A stretch of 63,986 nt of DNA, filler included, from Choristocarpus tenellus KU-1152 (taxonomy: Eukaryota > Protista > Phaeophyceae), in NCBI GenBank assembly GCA_964200185.2. It is 10 parts of 10 records of this genome, joined end to end, with 100 filler letters (N's around TTAATTAATTAA, not from the genome) between each part and the next. Parts side by side here need not be neighbours in the genome. Positions count along the whole stretch, not along the records: positions 3,254 to 15,866 come from CAXNAD020001764.1; positions 15,967 to 22,778 come from CAXNAD020007291.1; positions 22,879 to 27,638 come from CAXNAD020013158.1; 7 more parts are not named here. The stretch is one strand, 5' to 3'. The notes below the pieces were generated by a model. That model ran no database searches and was not told the origin of the DNA. It was given only the letters and a program-made list of their open reading frames with translations. Position numbers and translations under genes: made by a program. Shown one piece after another: positions 13,341 through 25,789 of this stretch. The number at the start of each line of letters is the position of its first letter. Within the stretch, counting starts at the first letter, position 1.

Positions 13341-14049
13341 ATAACGATTGGAACTATGGGGGACTAAAACAAGCCAGATCTCACGAGGTTGGTTTGTTTG
13401 TGGAGCCAGCTGAATGTGGGGACTCAAGATAACATTTTGTTTTAGATCTAGTTTGGAGAAAGTTCTTTAGCCTTCAGAGCAGGCTGGAGGAGTTCACAAA
13501 GCACTTACAATGGTACTACAGGTTGAGTCATCTTCTCAAATAGGAGCGGAGTGAAAGCTGATGTCCTAATGCGTCGATCAACCTATCATAGCAACCTCTG
13601 TTCGCAGTCCGAAATGCAATAGAGTGCATTTTCTAAATATATGGGGACAAATCTCTATTTTTTTGGGGGGGGGGAGTATTTTTGTTATTTATTCTTTCAT
13701 TTTTTTCTACTCTCTTTGTTCTAGAACTTTTTGTGTAGTGTGAGAGTTGCGGCGTTGGAACGCTGATGTACACGGACGGCTCGTATGATACGTTTATGAT
13801 CCAAATCGCTTTGATTGACAGCGTTGAATGCTTACAACAAATGAACATGTGTGGAGTATTGTGATTTTTGATTGGTTGTCTGGTGACGTACGGTACTAAA
13901 TTTATCTCCACAACCAAGTTGCCATTGTTACCATCTTCCACAATGAGTTAGTTCTATCTCACAATCCAACTTCGTGATCTCCTAATCTACTCTACTCTCC
14001 CTTGAAGTATCCATAGCTTTCGTGATGCCGTCCAGAACGTTTTGGTCAG

Positions 14050-15030
14050 GTTGAATGCGTCTCTCTCTGTCCGGCATCTTATTCTCCGTCTTGGTAAACT
14101 TTGTAATCTCCGTGTGGGCATGAGCAAACAGCTTCTCATGATATGGGGGTTTCCATCCCAGTTAGGGTTAGGGTTAGGGTTAGGGTCAACGTACTACCCC
14201 GATCTTGTCTGATCTCTCACTAGGACAATTATTCTCCACTCTGCGTACTGAAAGCTGACATGCTGCTTCCCATGCTGCCAGAACAACTCTATGAGTTGAA
14301 ACCTGGGCATATATAAGGCGGTGTCCAAGTCATATCCCATCCCTTCTCTTTTGTTACTAATAAGAAGCCTTTGCCTACTCAAGGAATTTGTCCTGATAGT
14401 GACTTAAGGAAAATAGCCCTTATAACAGCAGCAACGCCCTCCTTACTCAGGCCGTTCCTGCAGTGAGAATTACCCTTGGGAAAGGTCGCCGCATTTAGCA
14501 CTTCAAAGCTGGTCTCTCTCCCCCCCCCCCTGCCCAACTTCAAGCTGCTTGAACCTCTTAGTTTCACAACAGGTCTGTCTGTGTTGAACCCCTTAAAGGC
14601 GATCGCTAGGGTTAGGGCCTAGGGGACCACTTTGCCTCCTTATCAAAGCCACATGGTGTTACCATGCGTTGATGAGATACAGGACCACCTCGTTCCCAGG
14701 GTTTCCTTGACATGAATGCGTTTTTCAGGTGTTTCACCATCCGCTCCCACCAATATCTCATCGTCCAATAGCGCTTGATTTCCTCCCCTTGTTTGTTCTA
14801 ACTTGCAACAATAATTGTGTTTTGTTCTGCTGTCTCAGTCTCTCGGTGATCTCGGTAAGGAAACTTGGAAATCCACCAGTCGTTGGTGACGGGTACCCCA
14901 TTTCTTCCTCACCACAACCGCCCAGGCCCTTGCCTGATCTCTTCTCGGCGTCCCCCCTCTTCCTTTACATCATTCCGTTGTCTGCAGGTGCCTCCAAGGC
15001 CGGCCTTCTCAAAACGCTTGGGTTTTTTTA
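14050..15030 (-). mobile_element. IS630/Tc1-like DDE transposase pseudogene
   Basis: Minus-strand fragments in the expected order: KRSGKG; YWWERMVKHLKNAF..EVVLYLINAW*HH (DNA.YH motif); GWDMTWTPPYMPRFQLIELFWQHGKQHVSFQY (PPY.P..PIE..W motif). Several frameshifts. Confidence 0.7.
14161..14185 (+). repeat. Interstitial telomeric repeat (TTAGGG)4
   Basis: gttagggttagggttagggttaggg lies within the IS630-like relic. Confidence 0.85.
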
Positions 15031-15300
15031 ATATTCCCCGTTGTGATGTTCTTCTCCTTGCTCTGGGACTGTGGTATCTTATCTCGTTCTGAGATTGGCT
15101 TTGAGTTTCGTACCAAGAACTCTGTCTACTCTTGTCAGATATGCTTGTCTACCCTTGTTCTCCCTGTCCGGCTGACTAATTGTATGGGTCTTCCGTTCCT
15201 TTTTATTTTCTTGTACGAAGTGGAAGAATCGGACAGGTGTATGTGTGGTGTCCAAGAGAGTCCCATGTTTTTTTGCACAAACACCAACAGAATACTTTAC

Positions 15301-15866
15301 AGAATATGAAGATAATACTTATGGGATCTTTATAGAACATTTAGAGAACACTTACAGAATATGAAGAGAATACTTATGGGATCTTTATAGAACGTTTAGA
15401 GAACACTTACAGAATATGAAGAGAATACTTATGGGATCTTTATAGAACGTTTAGAGAACACTTCAAGAATACTTGGAGATTGGGAATGGAGTTTGGGGGA
15501 TCCTTTTAGGGAATATTTAGATAATACTTGGAGAGTACTCAGAGAACACTTAGGGAATATTTCGTAGGGGATATTTGGAGAAAATAGTTAGGGGATATTT
15601 AGATAATATTCAGTGAGTATTTAGAGAATATTTAGTGAGTACTTAGAGAATATTTAGTGAGTACTTGAAGAATATTTAGTGAGTACTTAGAGAATATTTA
15701 GTGAGTACTTAGAGAATATTTAGTGAGTACTTAGAGAATATTTAGTGAGTACTTGAAGAATATTTAGTGAGTACTTAGAGAATATTTAGTGAGTACTTGG
15801 AGAATATTTAGTGAGTACTTAGAGAATATTTAGTGAGTACTTGAAGAATATTTAGTGAGTACTTAG
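15301..15866 (+). repeat. Minisatellite built on an 11-bp unit, with 55-bp (x3) and 22-bp (~12x) higher-order repeats
   Basis: 55-mers at 15301, 15356 and 15411. The 22-mer AGAATATTTAG-TGAGTACTTAG repeats from ~15600 to the gap. Confidence 0.9.
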
Positions 15867-18800
15867 NNNNNNNNNNNNNNNNNNNNNNNNNNNNNNNNNN
15901 NNNNNNNNNNTTAATTAATTAANNNNNNNNNNNNNNNNNNNNNNNNNNNNNNNNNNNNNNNNNNNNCTAATTGATTGTTCCATTACTCCATACATATTTT
16001 ACCGTAACTGTCCGATAGAGTTGAAAGAGTCTAATCGAACAGAGGCTATGTCTAGGTAGCAGGAACGGACTGTGTCTCAAAAATGGGTGGGCTGTGCCGG
16101 TAGGGGGACTGTGTCTGCCAGTGCAAAAATTTATGGGGCTGATCGCACATGGATGTGAGCTGTGGGGTCTGTGGGTAATGTTGATCTTCAAGGTGGGAAT
16201 TCTAAACTTACACTGAAGGCTTCACAGGCGATGGCTCTGCCAGAGCGTAAAAGAAAAACTCCTTGAACCATACCCTCAGAATTGTTCGACAAAATGGTTG
16301 TTAGACCACAGTTGGAAATTAGGGTTAGGTTAAGGGTTAGGGTTACAAGGGGCGGAGAGTAGTGTCTTATGATAATTACAACCATCCACTGCTTCACAGT
16401 GGGGAGTGTGGTCTGTGGTCCATTTGTGTGGCTGTGTTCATGTTAGTTCCTCATACGAACATGTGATGAAGGTGCTCTTCCCTCCTCTCATGGGTGTGTC
16501 TCCTGTGCAACATCCTCTTTCTTTGAGCTTCATCTCTGTAACTCAAGTCGCCATCATCTTTCTTTGCACTTGTCAACCCAGATTTACTCATCAAGAGAAT
16601 CAAATGCACTTAGATGAACATGTCCCAACAATGCTCTTGGGTAATAATCCTGTTGACTACCCCTGTATTCCACTTGCAAGAAGTATAGTGGGCAATTCCC
16701 AACCTTCTATGGACAGGATGGGGTGTTGCAGGGTTCAAAGGAGGTTGTGGCAACAGAGGGGGAGGGGGAAGAGGAGGGGAAGCTCTACTAGTTAGTAACC
16801 ACTGTGCTCCAGCAACACCATAAGGAAAGGAACAGTGGGGTGTGCCTGAACCCATAGGGGCTGTGGTTGGGGGAAAAGAGGACAACATTTGCCACTTAGG
16901 AGCTTGCTCAAGTAGCGCTGGTAGGAAAGCCACAGGGGGGGGGGCTCCGTGTTCTGTGTGAGGGGGGTGAGTATGCAAACCCGTAGGAGCCTGCTGACGC
17001 AAAGAGAAAATGAGATCATCAGACACTAAGTAGTTGCAGTGCTCCAGCAGCTTTAAGAAAAAAGGCGCACAGGAGCAGACTTTGGCCTGTGTGTGAGGGG
17101 AAAGAGAAGGATATGTCGCAGGTTAGGACCATAGCAAGCAGCATAGACGCAGATAATAATGAGCCGATCATTCCCTCAGTAAATTTTAGAACTTGTTGCA
17201 ACTACAGGGCCACCACGAAGCGGGGGGGGGCTTGAAATATTTACAACTGTTCACTGCTTTGTTTCTAGTGATAATTATTGTTAATGTTATAGTACCTTCA
17301 TTTTCTAACTATCCCAAACCATGGTCAGAGGTCCTACACACTACAGTATACTACTTCTCATAATACTCTTGTAGCTACTACGACTAACTGTACTATTTGT
17401 ACCTTGGTTGCTGCGTATTGGGTTCAGTCATCATCGTACCCTCTGCCATGTTTCCTCCCTTGAATCTTGTGTTGGACCTGTCTTGGTGTCGCTCTGCAAG
17501 GAGTCCTTTCAGCGTTGTTTGGATTTACTGCGTTTTTGTGTTAAATCAATAGAATAGTACAGGTGTACAATCTGTAGTTGTTACCACTTGGGCTTAGGAT
17601 ATAATCAAAACCGGACTTCCATGAAAATAAGGCGTTGATAGGGATCTGCGATGTTGACAAAGGTAGTGTCCTCTTGTAACCCTTAAGCTAAGAGAATGCT
17701 CAACGTGTGAGGAGGGGAAGCGTTTTTCCTAAGTTGACTTGTTTTCTTGGGTAGGTGAGGATACTGCTAAATTGCATGAAGCAAGTAATTGCTGTGGTCA
17801 ATAAAACTAATCTTAAGACTGAGGAACCATTGCTGGGACAGAGCAAGGAGGAACGAGATTCCTAAAGGTGGAAGTAAATGTGAATGAGCTATAGCTAGAC
17901 CTTGGTTCCTTACCTTGTAACCTACTAAATACTCTGGAGTATGCAATTATGTATGTGAACATTAACATTGTATGAAGAATAGTAAACTGGGGCTCAATCA
18001 TTTATGTTGCATCCTCTCTTGATTTAATGTTTACGTTACTGAAAATATATGTGTTTTCATCAATGGCAAGTCAACTCTTGACTGTTGATTTGATGTAGTT
18101 AGTATATTTATTTTGAAATTTTTCATTTTGGTGATAGTGATTACGCATTTCTTCATGATGATTTGAAATATTAGTATTGTGTAATGTTTTTCGGATTGAC
18201 AGAAAAGAGAGAGGTTATTGGTGTTGCACATGTCATTATTGTTCATGTATATTGTATACACAGTGACAAGATTGTGCCTCCTGGTGCAAGGTCTCGCCTT
18301 AGAGGTTTGCACATTTATACATCAATTTTGTGTATCTTAACTGCTTTACTCCATTAAAACTTGTTCGGGTTGAGAAATACTATGGAGTCCCTACCTTTTA
18401 TTAATACATGTGGTTCCTTGTCATTTGCATATCTCAGAAGCCCTTGAAAATATATATGTAGGGTCGTGAACAGCGAAAATTTAGCCGTCTCAGTTCAATT
18501 TCATGAGAAATATTCAAGATCATAACCAACCGAAACGTCCCGTCATTCAGTTACATTTCCCCTGTTTTGCATACGTGCTATTCTATCATTGAAGGAAAAT
18601 TAAATATTTTATCGTTAGACGTCGTTTCTTTTTTCGTTGTTGTGGTACATACCGTGAAGTTGTGAAACCAGTCTGTTTTGGTTGTTGTATTGACTGCCCA
18701 TATTTTCTTCTACGTACGCATCCCAATATTTAGAAGAGGGGTACTGATACAATGATAAACCCATCTTCTCTGCTCTTTGCAGTCCAACACTTTCTGGAAC

Positions 18801-19554
18801 TTACTGTTCAGTCTTCTTGAGTGGAACATGAGGATTGAAATTAGTCCATCTCGGATACTACAGGAGATCATGCCTCTTCTGGGGACGGAGAAAGAGCACA
18901 GAGAATAGTGTAGTGAGTGATAATTTCGATCCTGTGGGAGGGTCCCTCACCAGCCTGTGGGCCGCTCTGTGTTTTGTGCGCTCTTTGCACCTCACCTCAT
19001 GTTCCGACAGATCAATCGAGTTAATGGAGTTCATTGAATTCATCAAATAAAAGCTGATGTAACTTCAGCTGTGAATTCTTTTGGTTCATAACACTACTTG
19101 CATACCACATGGGTATTTGCCATCTACTCTCCTAATGAGCCGAACCAATTGAGAGGTTGACAGGTTTACATTGTAAGGATCCCAGGAAGGGTAAGAAAGC
19201 GTCATTTTGTACAATTACAGAAAGAGCCTTACTTGATTGTGGTGATACTTTTTGTGCGAAAGGGGGGAATGTCAATTTTGTGTACACTATTGTGGACATA
19301 AACCAATGAAATAGAGTATTGTACAGGGTAAGAAAGATGGCATGGAATGCACAAGGTCCACAATCCATCCATTTAGAAGTATTTCTCTTCTACAACCGCA
19401 GCCTCCTGAGGGGGTTAGCTACATCTCAGGGATAGGAATAGTATGTCAGATACAAGAACAAAAAAATCCTAAATAATCAAAAGGGTTCAAATAACGCCCT
19501 CTAAGATAGGATGACCCTTCAAGGGTAGAAAAGTAGTAAATCACTTTTTTTTAA

Positions 19555-19644
19555 CAAAGACGATACCCAAATTGCATTAAAATCGCAATGTTGGATTTTG
19601 GCCCCCAAACAGATGCAGCTCTACCCTCTAAGATACTTTGACTC
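19555..19644 (+). mobile_element. MITE family A, partial right end
   Basis: Matches 20135-20224 and ends CTCTACCCTCTAAGATACTTTGACTC. Confidence 0.7.
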
Positions 19645-19957
19645 CAATCTCACCCTTCCTAATCTTTAAAAACTGACAAAAGCATGACGAGATCAGCAAA
19701 ATACAGCCATTTCTCCAGTTGAAGTGGTAAGTTGTATGTTTTTTCTCGGTACATAGTATTAATGGTATGTCTTCCACTTTGACTTAGCCACCTCTAATGG
19801 TTTAAACCCAGCGTTCCAATGAAGTTCAACCTGAGGTCGAGCCTCAGGTGGGATGAGATTTTCACTCCAGAAGAGTCTTCTTTCAATTGGTCATGTGACA
19901 ACGCCATGGAAAAAACCCCATGGTCTTTAGATCCATGGAGCACCTGATGTGCACTTT

Positions 19958-20224
19958 GAGTGAAAGTATCTTAGAGAGTACGAGTTTTACCCTGTTTGTC
20001 CATTTGGTGCTTGCCTTCCAACTGTTTTTTTAATGGCATTTTACCTACTCTGAAATCTGAAATGTTTCAGAGTAGATAAAGTATATACGTTATGAAAAGG
20101 TGTGTCCGGAACACGGATATTGACGCTTCCTATCAAACACGATAGCCAAAATTACATCAAAATCGCGACATGGGATTGTGGCCCCCAAACGGACCCGACT
20201 CTACCCTCTAAGATACTTTGACTC
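19958..20224 (+). mobile_element. MITE family A, full copy (~265 bp)
   Basis: ~25-bp TIRs GAGTGAAAGTATCTTAGAGAGTA / TACCCTCTAAGATACTTTGACTC, flanks TTT/CTT. Homologous to 30578-30838 and 45733-45990. Confidence 0.85.
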
Positions 20225-22878
20225 CTTTGCGGAGTGCTGAAAACACGGTCATTGCATAGATTCATTTTGGAGTAACGCCACAAGATGAGGAAGCACCGGT
20301 GTTCGGCAGAGGAGATATGGTCAATGAACTGTGTGATGACTGAAGCCAATTGCATCAGAAATATGTCAAGCATGGAGGTTTTGCAGAGAGTAGTCCGCTC
20401 TAGTCAGCACAATTGTGGTGCTTCCTTCATTAATAAAACCATAATTCCTATGATGGAAAGTGCTAATATCAAGTATAGACATCTCCAGGAGGACAAAAAG
20501 AAAAAGGAGGCCCAATGAACAGCAACTTCTGACCACGGGTCAGGCTCATCCTAACCTAAAGTACGCAAATAATAGCAGTAATAGTACTAGCACAAAATGC
20601 AACATTTTAGCCATTTGAAACTCAAGTGCACTTTCCCCTGTCATATAGTATCAGCAGTGCACCAAATGCTTCTGCTATTTCATATTAGTAGCAAGATCTA
20701 TCTCTTCCCCCCCTACTCTTTCCTCTCATGTTCCGTAGTGTAACCTCCTTTTTCCTCCCTAAGTCATACGTCTCCTTTGAAACCTGCACAAGCAACCCTA
20801 CTGGAGTGTGCAGCACAGCAGGAAAGCAGCCAAGAATGACAAAAAAATGGAGAAATTGGGGTACACATTAGCAAAGGCAAGAAGCATATTATCATGGAAG
20901 GGAAACTCCACATTTACTGTACGAGGGAAAAAGTTCTATGCAGCAGTTTCACAAAAACCTACATCAGCATATTTTATATGTATTATTTGTCATTTTATTG
21001 TTTCAGACCTAGAGCAGACAATCCCCACCTTAGTTCAGTCTCGAAGGGACGAATCAAAAATAAAGAATTACTGAGGTCTTGAATCCAGAAACTTCTGAAG
21101 CTAGTCTTAAGAGCATCATCTTCTTCAGCATGTTCGGACATCATTACCCAAATAAGGTAGAAATGACTTGCTAGAGCCCAGGTTGCAACATGGAGGTAGG
21201 TCCTACTGAGTCTCAAAATCAGGGTGTGAGATTCAGAGTCTCAGGGGTTAGGGTTGTTTCTAGTTCCACATTGCAAACTGAGCTCTAGTGAGTCCTTCGT
21301 ATCTTGTTTGGGTGATGATGGCCAAAGATGGTTAAGACGATGATGTCCTTAAGATTTGCTTCAAAAGGTTCTGGGCCGAATGGCATGGTTATTCCATAGT
21401 TTTAATTCATAACTTTGAGACGGTATCAAGATGGGGATTGTCTGCTGTGGGATTGAAATAATATAAAGAGTCAGAGAACAAATCTCACTGTGAAAGTTCA
21501 TGAAGGCGTTTATGAAGCTCCTGCCTAGAACTGCAGGAGTTTAAAAGAAGCTCAAGGCTCGCTTCTTACTGATGCATAAAAAATGTTTTCTAAGGTGTTA
21601 TCTCCAGCAACACGTGCTTGGTGAAACGTTTCCCTCTCTCTCTTTTGACCGAAGATCCACAGAAAATCTTTTAGGGTGCTTATATATCTCCTGGCGCTTT
21701 CTATTTCTATACACAGCAGAGAGGTGGCAAGTAGAGTAGCTCCATTTAAGCCTTCCGGGAACATTTCCCAACCTGGCTCCACACCACTTGTCAAGCCCTC
21801 TCTCGCTGACAGGTCAAAACTGTTGCATACCACTTCTCCACTCCAAGTATGGAAGGATGTGTTGCAATTGATTGCCCTTGTTCGAGGTCCCTCCAATGAA
21901 TCTTGAGACTAAAAATAATATGCTATAATCTCTAGGTGTCTACCTAATCTGGTGAGTATGAGTGTGTTTATTCTGTTGCCGTTTTTTGTTCCTTGTGGAG
22001 AGTACACGACTGCAGAGAGACATCAAGGGTGAGAGAGGTCTGGATCAGAGTCATTACTGACACTAACAGCACACATGTCAGATTGCTATGTGATTGCTAG
22101 AGTAGAGTGTCCTCTAGTCCAAAATATCAGTTTCCTTTTGAATTTGTCTCCTGTTGAATATGTCTGCGTACTGGTACTTCCCATTTTCGATTTCTTGTCC
22201 GCCTTTTCGTATAGAGTAGGAGTAAGCGAGACGTGTCTAGGGTTGCATTTCAAGGGTGCTGATAAATCAATGTGGCAAATTCAACTTTTTGTACAAATGT
22301 TTGTGAGGATTTTTCTGAGTTCTGACAAAAAATTTCGAGCAGCAGAGGAATCAGCGCTCTCTAGTCAATCTTATCACTTTATGCATGGAAACAAGGGTGA
22401 ATTGAAAAGGATGAAAATGTTGGCTTAAAGTGTAAAACGACCAAAATCTAGGTACCTATTGTTTAATTTGGCTCACAACGCAGCAGAAAGTTGCTCCAAC
22501 CAACAATGGCAAAGGAACAATACACAATGCAGGGGAAACGCTGATATGCTCACCAATCCCGATCAAGAGACAGTATTTCCCCATCGAGTGTTTATAGATG
22601 GGGCTGCAAAGGGGCATGTGCTGGTCCCAAAGGCTGTGTTGTTCTTGCTACGGATTGGCTCTCCCTCCACCAGACGTTTGCTGGCCGGATGAAGGAAGTC
22701 ATAGAAGATGTTAGATGGGGGTTGGAGGGGGGGGAGGTGGAGGGAGGAAATGGGGTCTCTCTGCCTTTGAATTTCGATNNNNNNNNNNNNNNNNNNNNNN
22801 NNNNNNNNNNNNNNNNNNNNNNTTAATTAATTAANNNNNNNNNNNNNNNNNNNNNNNNNNNNNNNNNNNNNNNNNNNN

Positions 22879-23589
22879 GGTGTTGTCCGCTTGCTCCATG
22901 GTGGAGCGTGCCAGGTGAGGGGGAGTGACCCTCACAAGATAACCTAGCCTGGAGGAGAGGGACCAGGAGTTGAGGATCCAGGCCACCTGCTTGTCCTCCA
23001 TCTCGCTGAGGTGTGTAGCTAAAACTTGTGTCCCAGAGCTCTCTATCACCTCCGCCATGTGAGCTCGAATGAAATCATCTGTTCCTACTGGAGCCCCTAG
23101 AGTTACAAAACCACTGGGGTTCGGGTCTAGGTTGATTCCTGTCGTGGAAAGGAGCTCTAGTTCCGAGGGCGTGGGTTGGTGGCCCTGGGGAGGTGCGGCA
23201 AATGTCTTGTCCATATTTAGGTTGATGCCTACCTCCTGGAGATTGGTTTTTAACTGCTCGAAAGCAGCTATGGTAATAGGATTGATCCCCCTTGCCGAAA
23301 TGGATGTGTCGTCCAAATAGCTCCGGGAGGAAACCCCTTGGGGTCCGAAAACTGATTGGACCTGTTGCAAGGCCTTGTGTGTTGCCATGCAATATAAGAG
23401 GGGGCCTAGTGGGTCTCCCTGTTGGACCCCAGATCTCGATGGTAGAATCTTCGTCCCTCCTTCATCTAGGGGGAAAAGAAGATTCCTTGTATTCCCATAT
23501 ACCTTGGAAACGTAAGGTACGAGGCCTGGTAGGGTCTCTGGGAGGGCCTGGATGAAGACTGAGCGGCCTACGCTGTTGAAAGCATTCAT
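22879..23589 (-). mobile_element. CRE-clade-like non-LTR retrotransposon reverse transcriptase, 5'-truncated, uninterrupted ORF running into the gap
   Basis: NAFNSVGR, SGVQQGDPLGPLLYC, SYLDD, INLNMDKT, LGAPVG: RT motifs typical of CRE/RLE-type elements. Similarity stops abruptly near 23595. Confidence 0.9.
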
Positions 23590-24322
23590 GACGATATGCC
23601 CATTTCTACTATTTTTCGTTTCACTTACAGAGTTAAGTAGTGATAAGAGTTAACATCAACAGTTACGTATTGTGGTTTGTGACTTAGGGGAAAAAATATG
23701 TGGATCGGGAGAAAGAACGTACAATCAATATGGATAACACTTTTTGAAATCAATACGATTGCTTTCTCTCTCAAATCCAAGATCGTCGGTTTACCCACCC
23801 ATTTAATTTAAGCACACAGTGTGGTCCAGGTATCGTGATCCCCCAAAAGACGTCTAGTTCAGGTTTCACAACTGTTGATCAACGAACGTATGGTCGCTTC
23901 CAGGGTCAAATATATCCATGTGCCAATGCAACATCCTCACAAGCGCATTTTACTGTCCCTCACGGAGGAACCGATAGCGACAGAGAAAAGAGTTTGTGCA
24001 AGAGCTACGAAGAAGAACCCCGTGAATCAATCCCTCTAAAATGGAGGTTCGATAGATTACTTGGCCTGGAAGGAGTTGTGGAACATTGTAAATACGCTGG
24101 TAGAGCCTTGAGGTTAACATAGTGAATGTGACCTTGTGCGTAGACTTGGAAGACTGGGAGATGTCTTGGCCTGTCAGTGGAAATTATGGAGGTAATTGTC
24201 TCATTGGGACCCTTCTTACGACATCTAGTGGGTAGGGAACTCAACCATCACAATATTTTGAGATGAAGGATTGGGGACTGGGGTTCAGCAGCTGGAAGAA
24301 ACGTATATGGGTGATCTGACAG

Positions 24323-25227
24323 ACCATGACTGAGGACAAGGGTTGTGCGAGGGTTGAAGAAAACGTTCCCGACATTGTGATCGAAGACACGATCAACTGT
24401 GCTGGGGGTGCTGTACTTGATGGTGTTGAATCTGAAGGACGAAATGTGCTGAGTACTTTGAAGGCAAGTGCGAACAGTACCTCCAAGGAAGGTGAGCACC
24501 ATAGTCCGCTGATATTTTGCATTTGCGTATGTGTGGGGATGTGGGCGTATGAAAGGTAGAGGGGTTGGACAAAAAAAATGGGGTTGTACTTTCTTGTGTA
24601 ACGCACAATCACCTCTCCCCCCCTCCCCTACATCCGTGATTTCAGACAAGAAGGATAGAAGTGAGAGGCGGGGGCGTTCAAGGGTCAAGCGGCCACTTGA
24701 AAGGTCATTGGCCAGAAGATATCGTGCATCAATTTCTCGAGGTGCGTACATTCTTGACTACCAGAGCTGACAAGAATAGTATGGAAGAGGTTTGTCCACC
24801 CACCGTGTAGGGTCAGGAATAGCAGAGGATATCCATATCTATATTCCGTGGACAACCCTCAGTAGCCATTCAAAAAAACGCAACACGTTGCATGTGGCAC
24901 CTGAGCCCCCCTGCGTGCAGGTTGGTTTTCCTGCAGTGCTAGTTATGTATGAAACAGTCCATCTCGGATTGAACATGCCTCTTCTAAGCATGTGCTGCTT
25001 TGCACTACTATTGTGCTTGGGTTTAGGTATGGTGGGTGTTACTTTATGTTGGTGTGGGTAATTTTTCTATTCATCCCGAAGCGTACGACCTGCCAACCCC
25101 AATATTTATCGGATCTCGAACAAGATCAGGATCTGATGGTGCAGCACTTATCACACTGTTTAGATCTGCAGACTATTGGCAACAACATCATTGTGTAGAA
25201 ACCTCAACTCCACCTTGCAATAGATAA
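24323..25227 (+). CDS. Putative exons of an unknown gene (24323-24491, 24646-24741, possibly 25082-25227)
   Basis: Splice sites cag/gtgagc and polypyrimidine-ttcag/gtgcgt. Phase-1 junctions keep one frame open (MTEDKGCARVEENVPD...TSKE-D-KKDRSERRGRSR...ISR-A-YDLPTPIF...CNR*). No domain recognised. Confidence 0.35.
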
Positions 25228-25789
25228 TACTCCGGAGAATTATTCTTCATTCGGGTTACTATTAAAGTGTGCTTTTTATGAGATCTGAGCTGGTGAGTGT
25301 GGTTGCTGCATATATCCTCAAACCAAAGGAGGCAATGGGCATCAAAGGTAATGCAGCTAGTGATGGCCCTGCCAACCAATGTCAATAACATGGCATCTGT
25401 ATACATGCAGCCCATTCAGTGGTTGGAAGCTATCCTGAGAAGTACTGCCACCTCCTACACGAAAGGTTTTCTGCCAGGAGGGTGCAGTTTGCAGTGCAAG
25501 TGACCCAGCCCCAAGCAAAGTTCCTGGATGCCTGGGAGGACCAGGAAAGGGCATGAGGGAACAAATTCACACAGATTCCCATATCGTCATTCTTGATAAG
25601 GCGTTAATGATTACTGGCAAGCAGCTCGAACAGGTGAGGGTATTTGCGTTACGGGAGTAGGAATTTTATTGACAACACCTACACCAGAAAGAATGGAAAA
25701 TTTGTTCACCGTGGCTGGGACTAAGCTAGCCTTTATCAATACCTCATTTTCAAAGGGTTCAAGGTGGGCAGAACCAGGCAGAGAGAGTG

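Noticed and set aside
15600-15866. Regular repeats resembling a CRISPR array
   Set aside because: Head-to-tail 22-mers with no unique spacers, no cas genes, and a eukaryotic context.
20230-21900. Possible hAT-like transposase debris
   Set aside because: Only vague fragments; no catalytic or dimerisation motif recognised with confidence.
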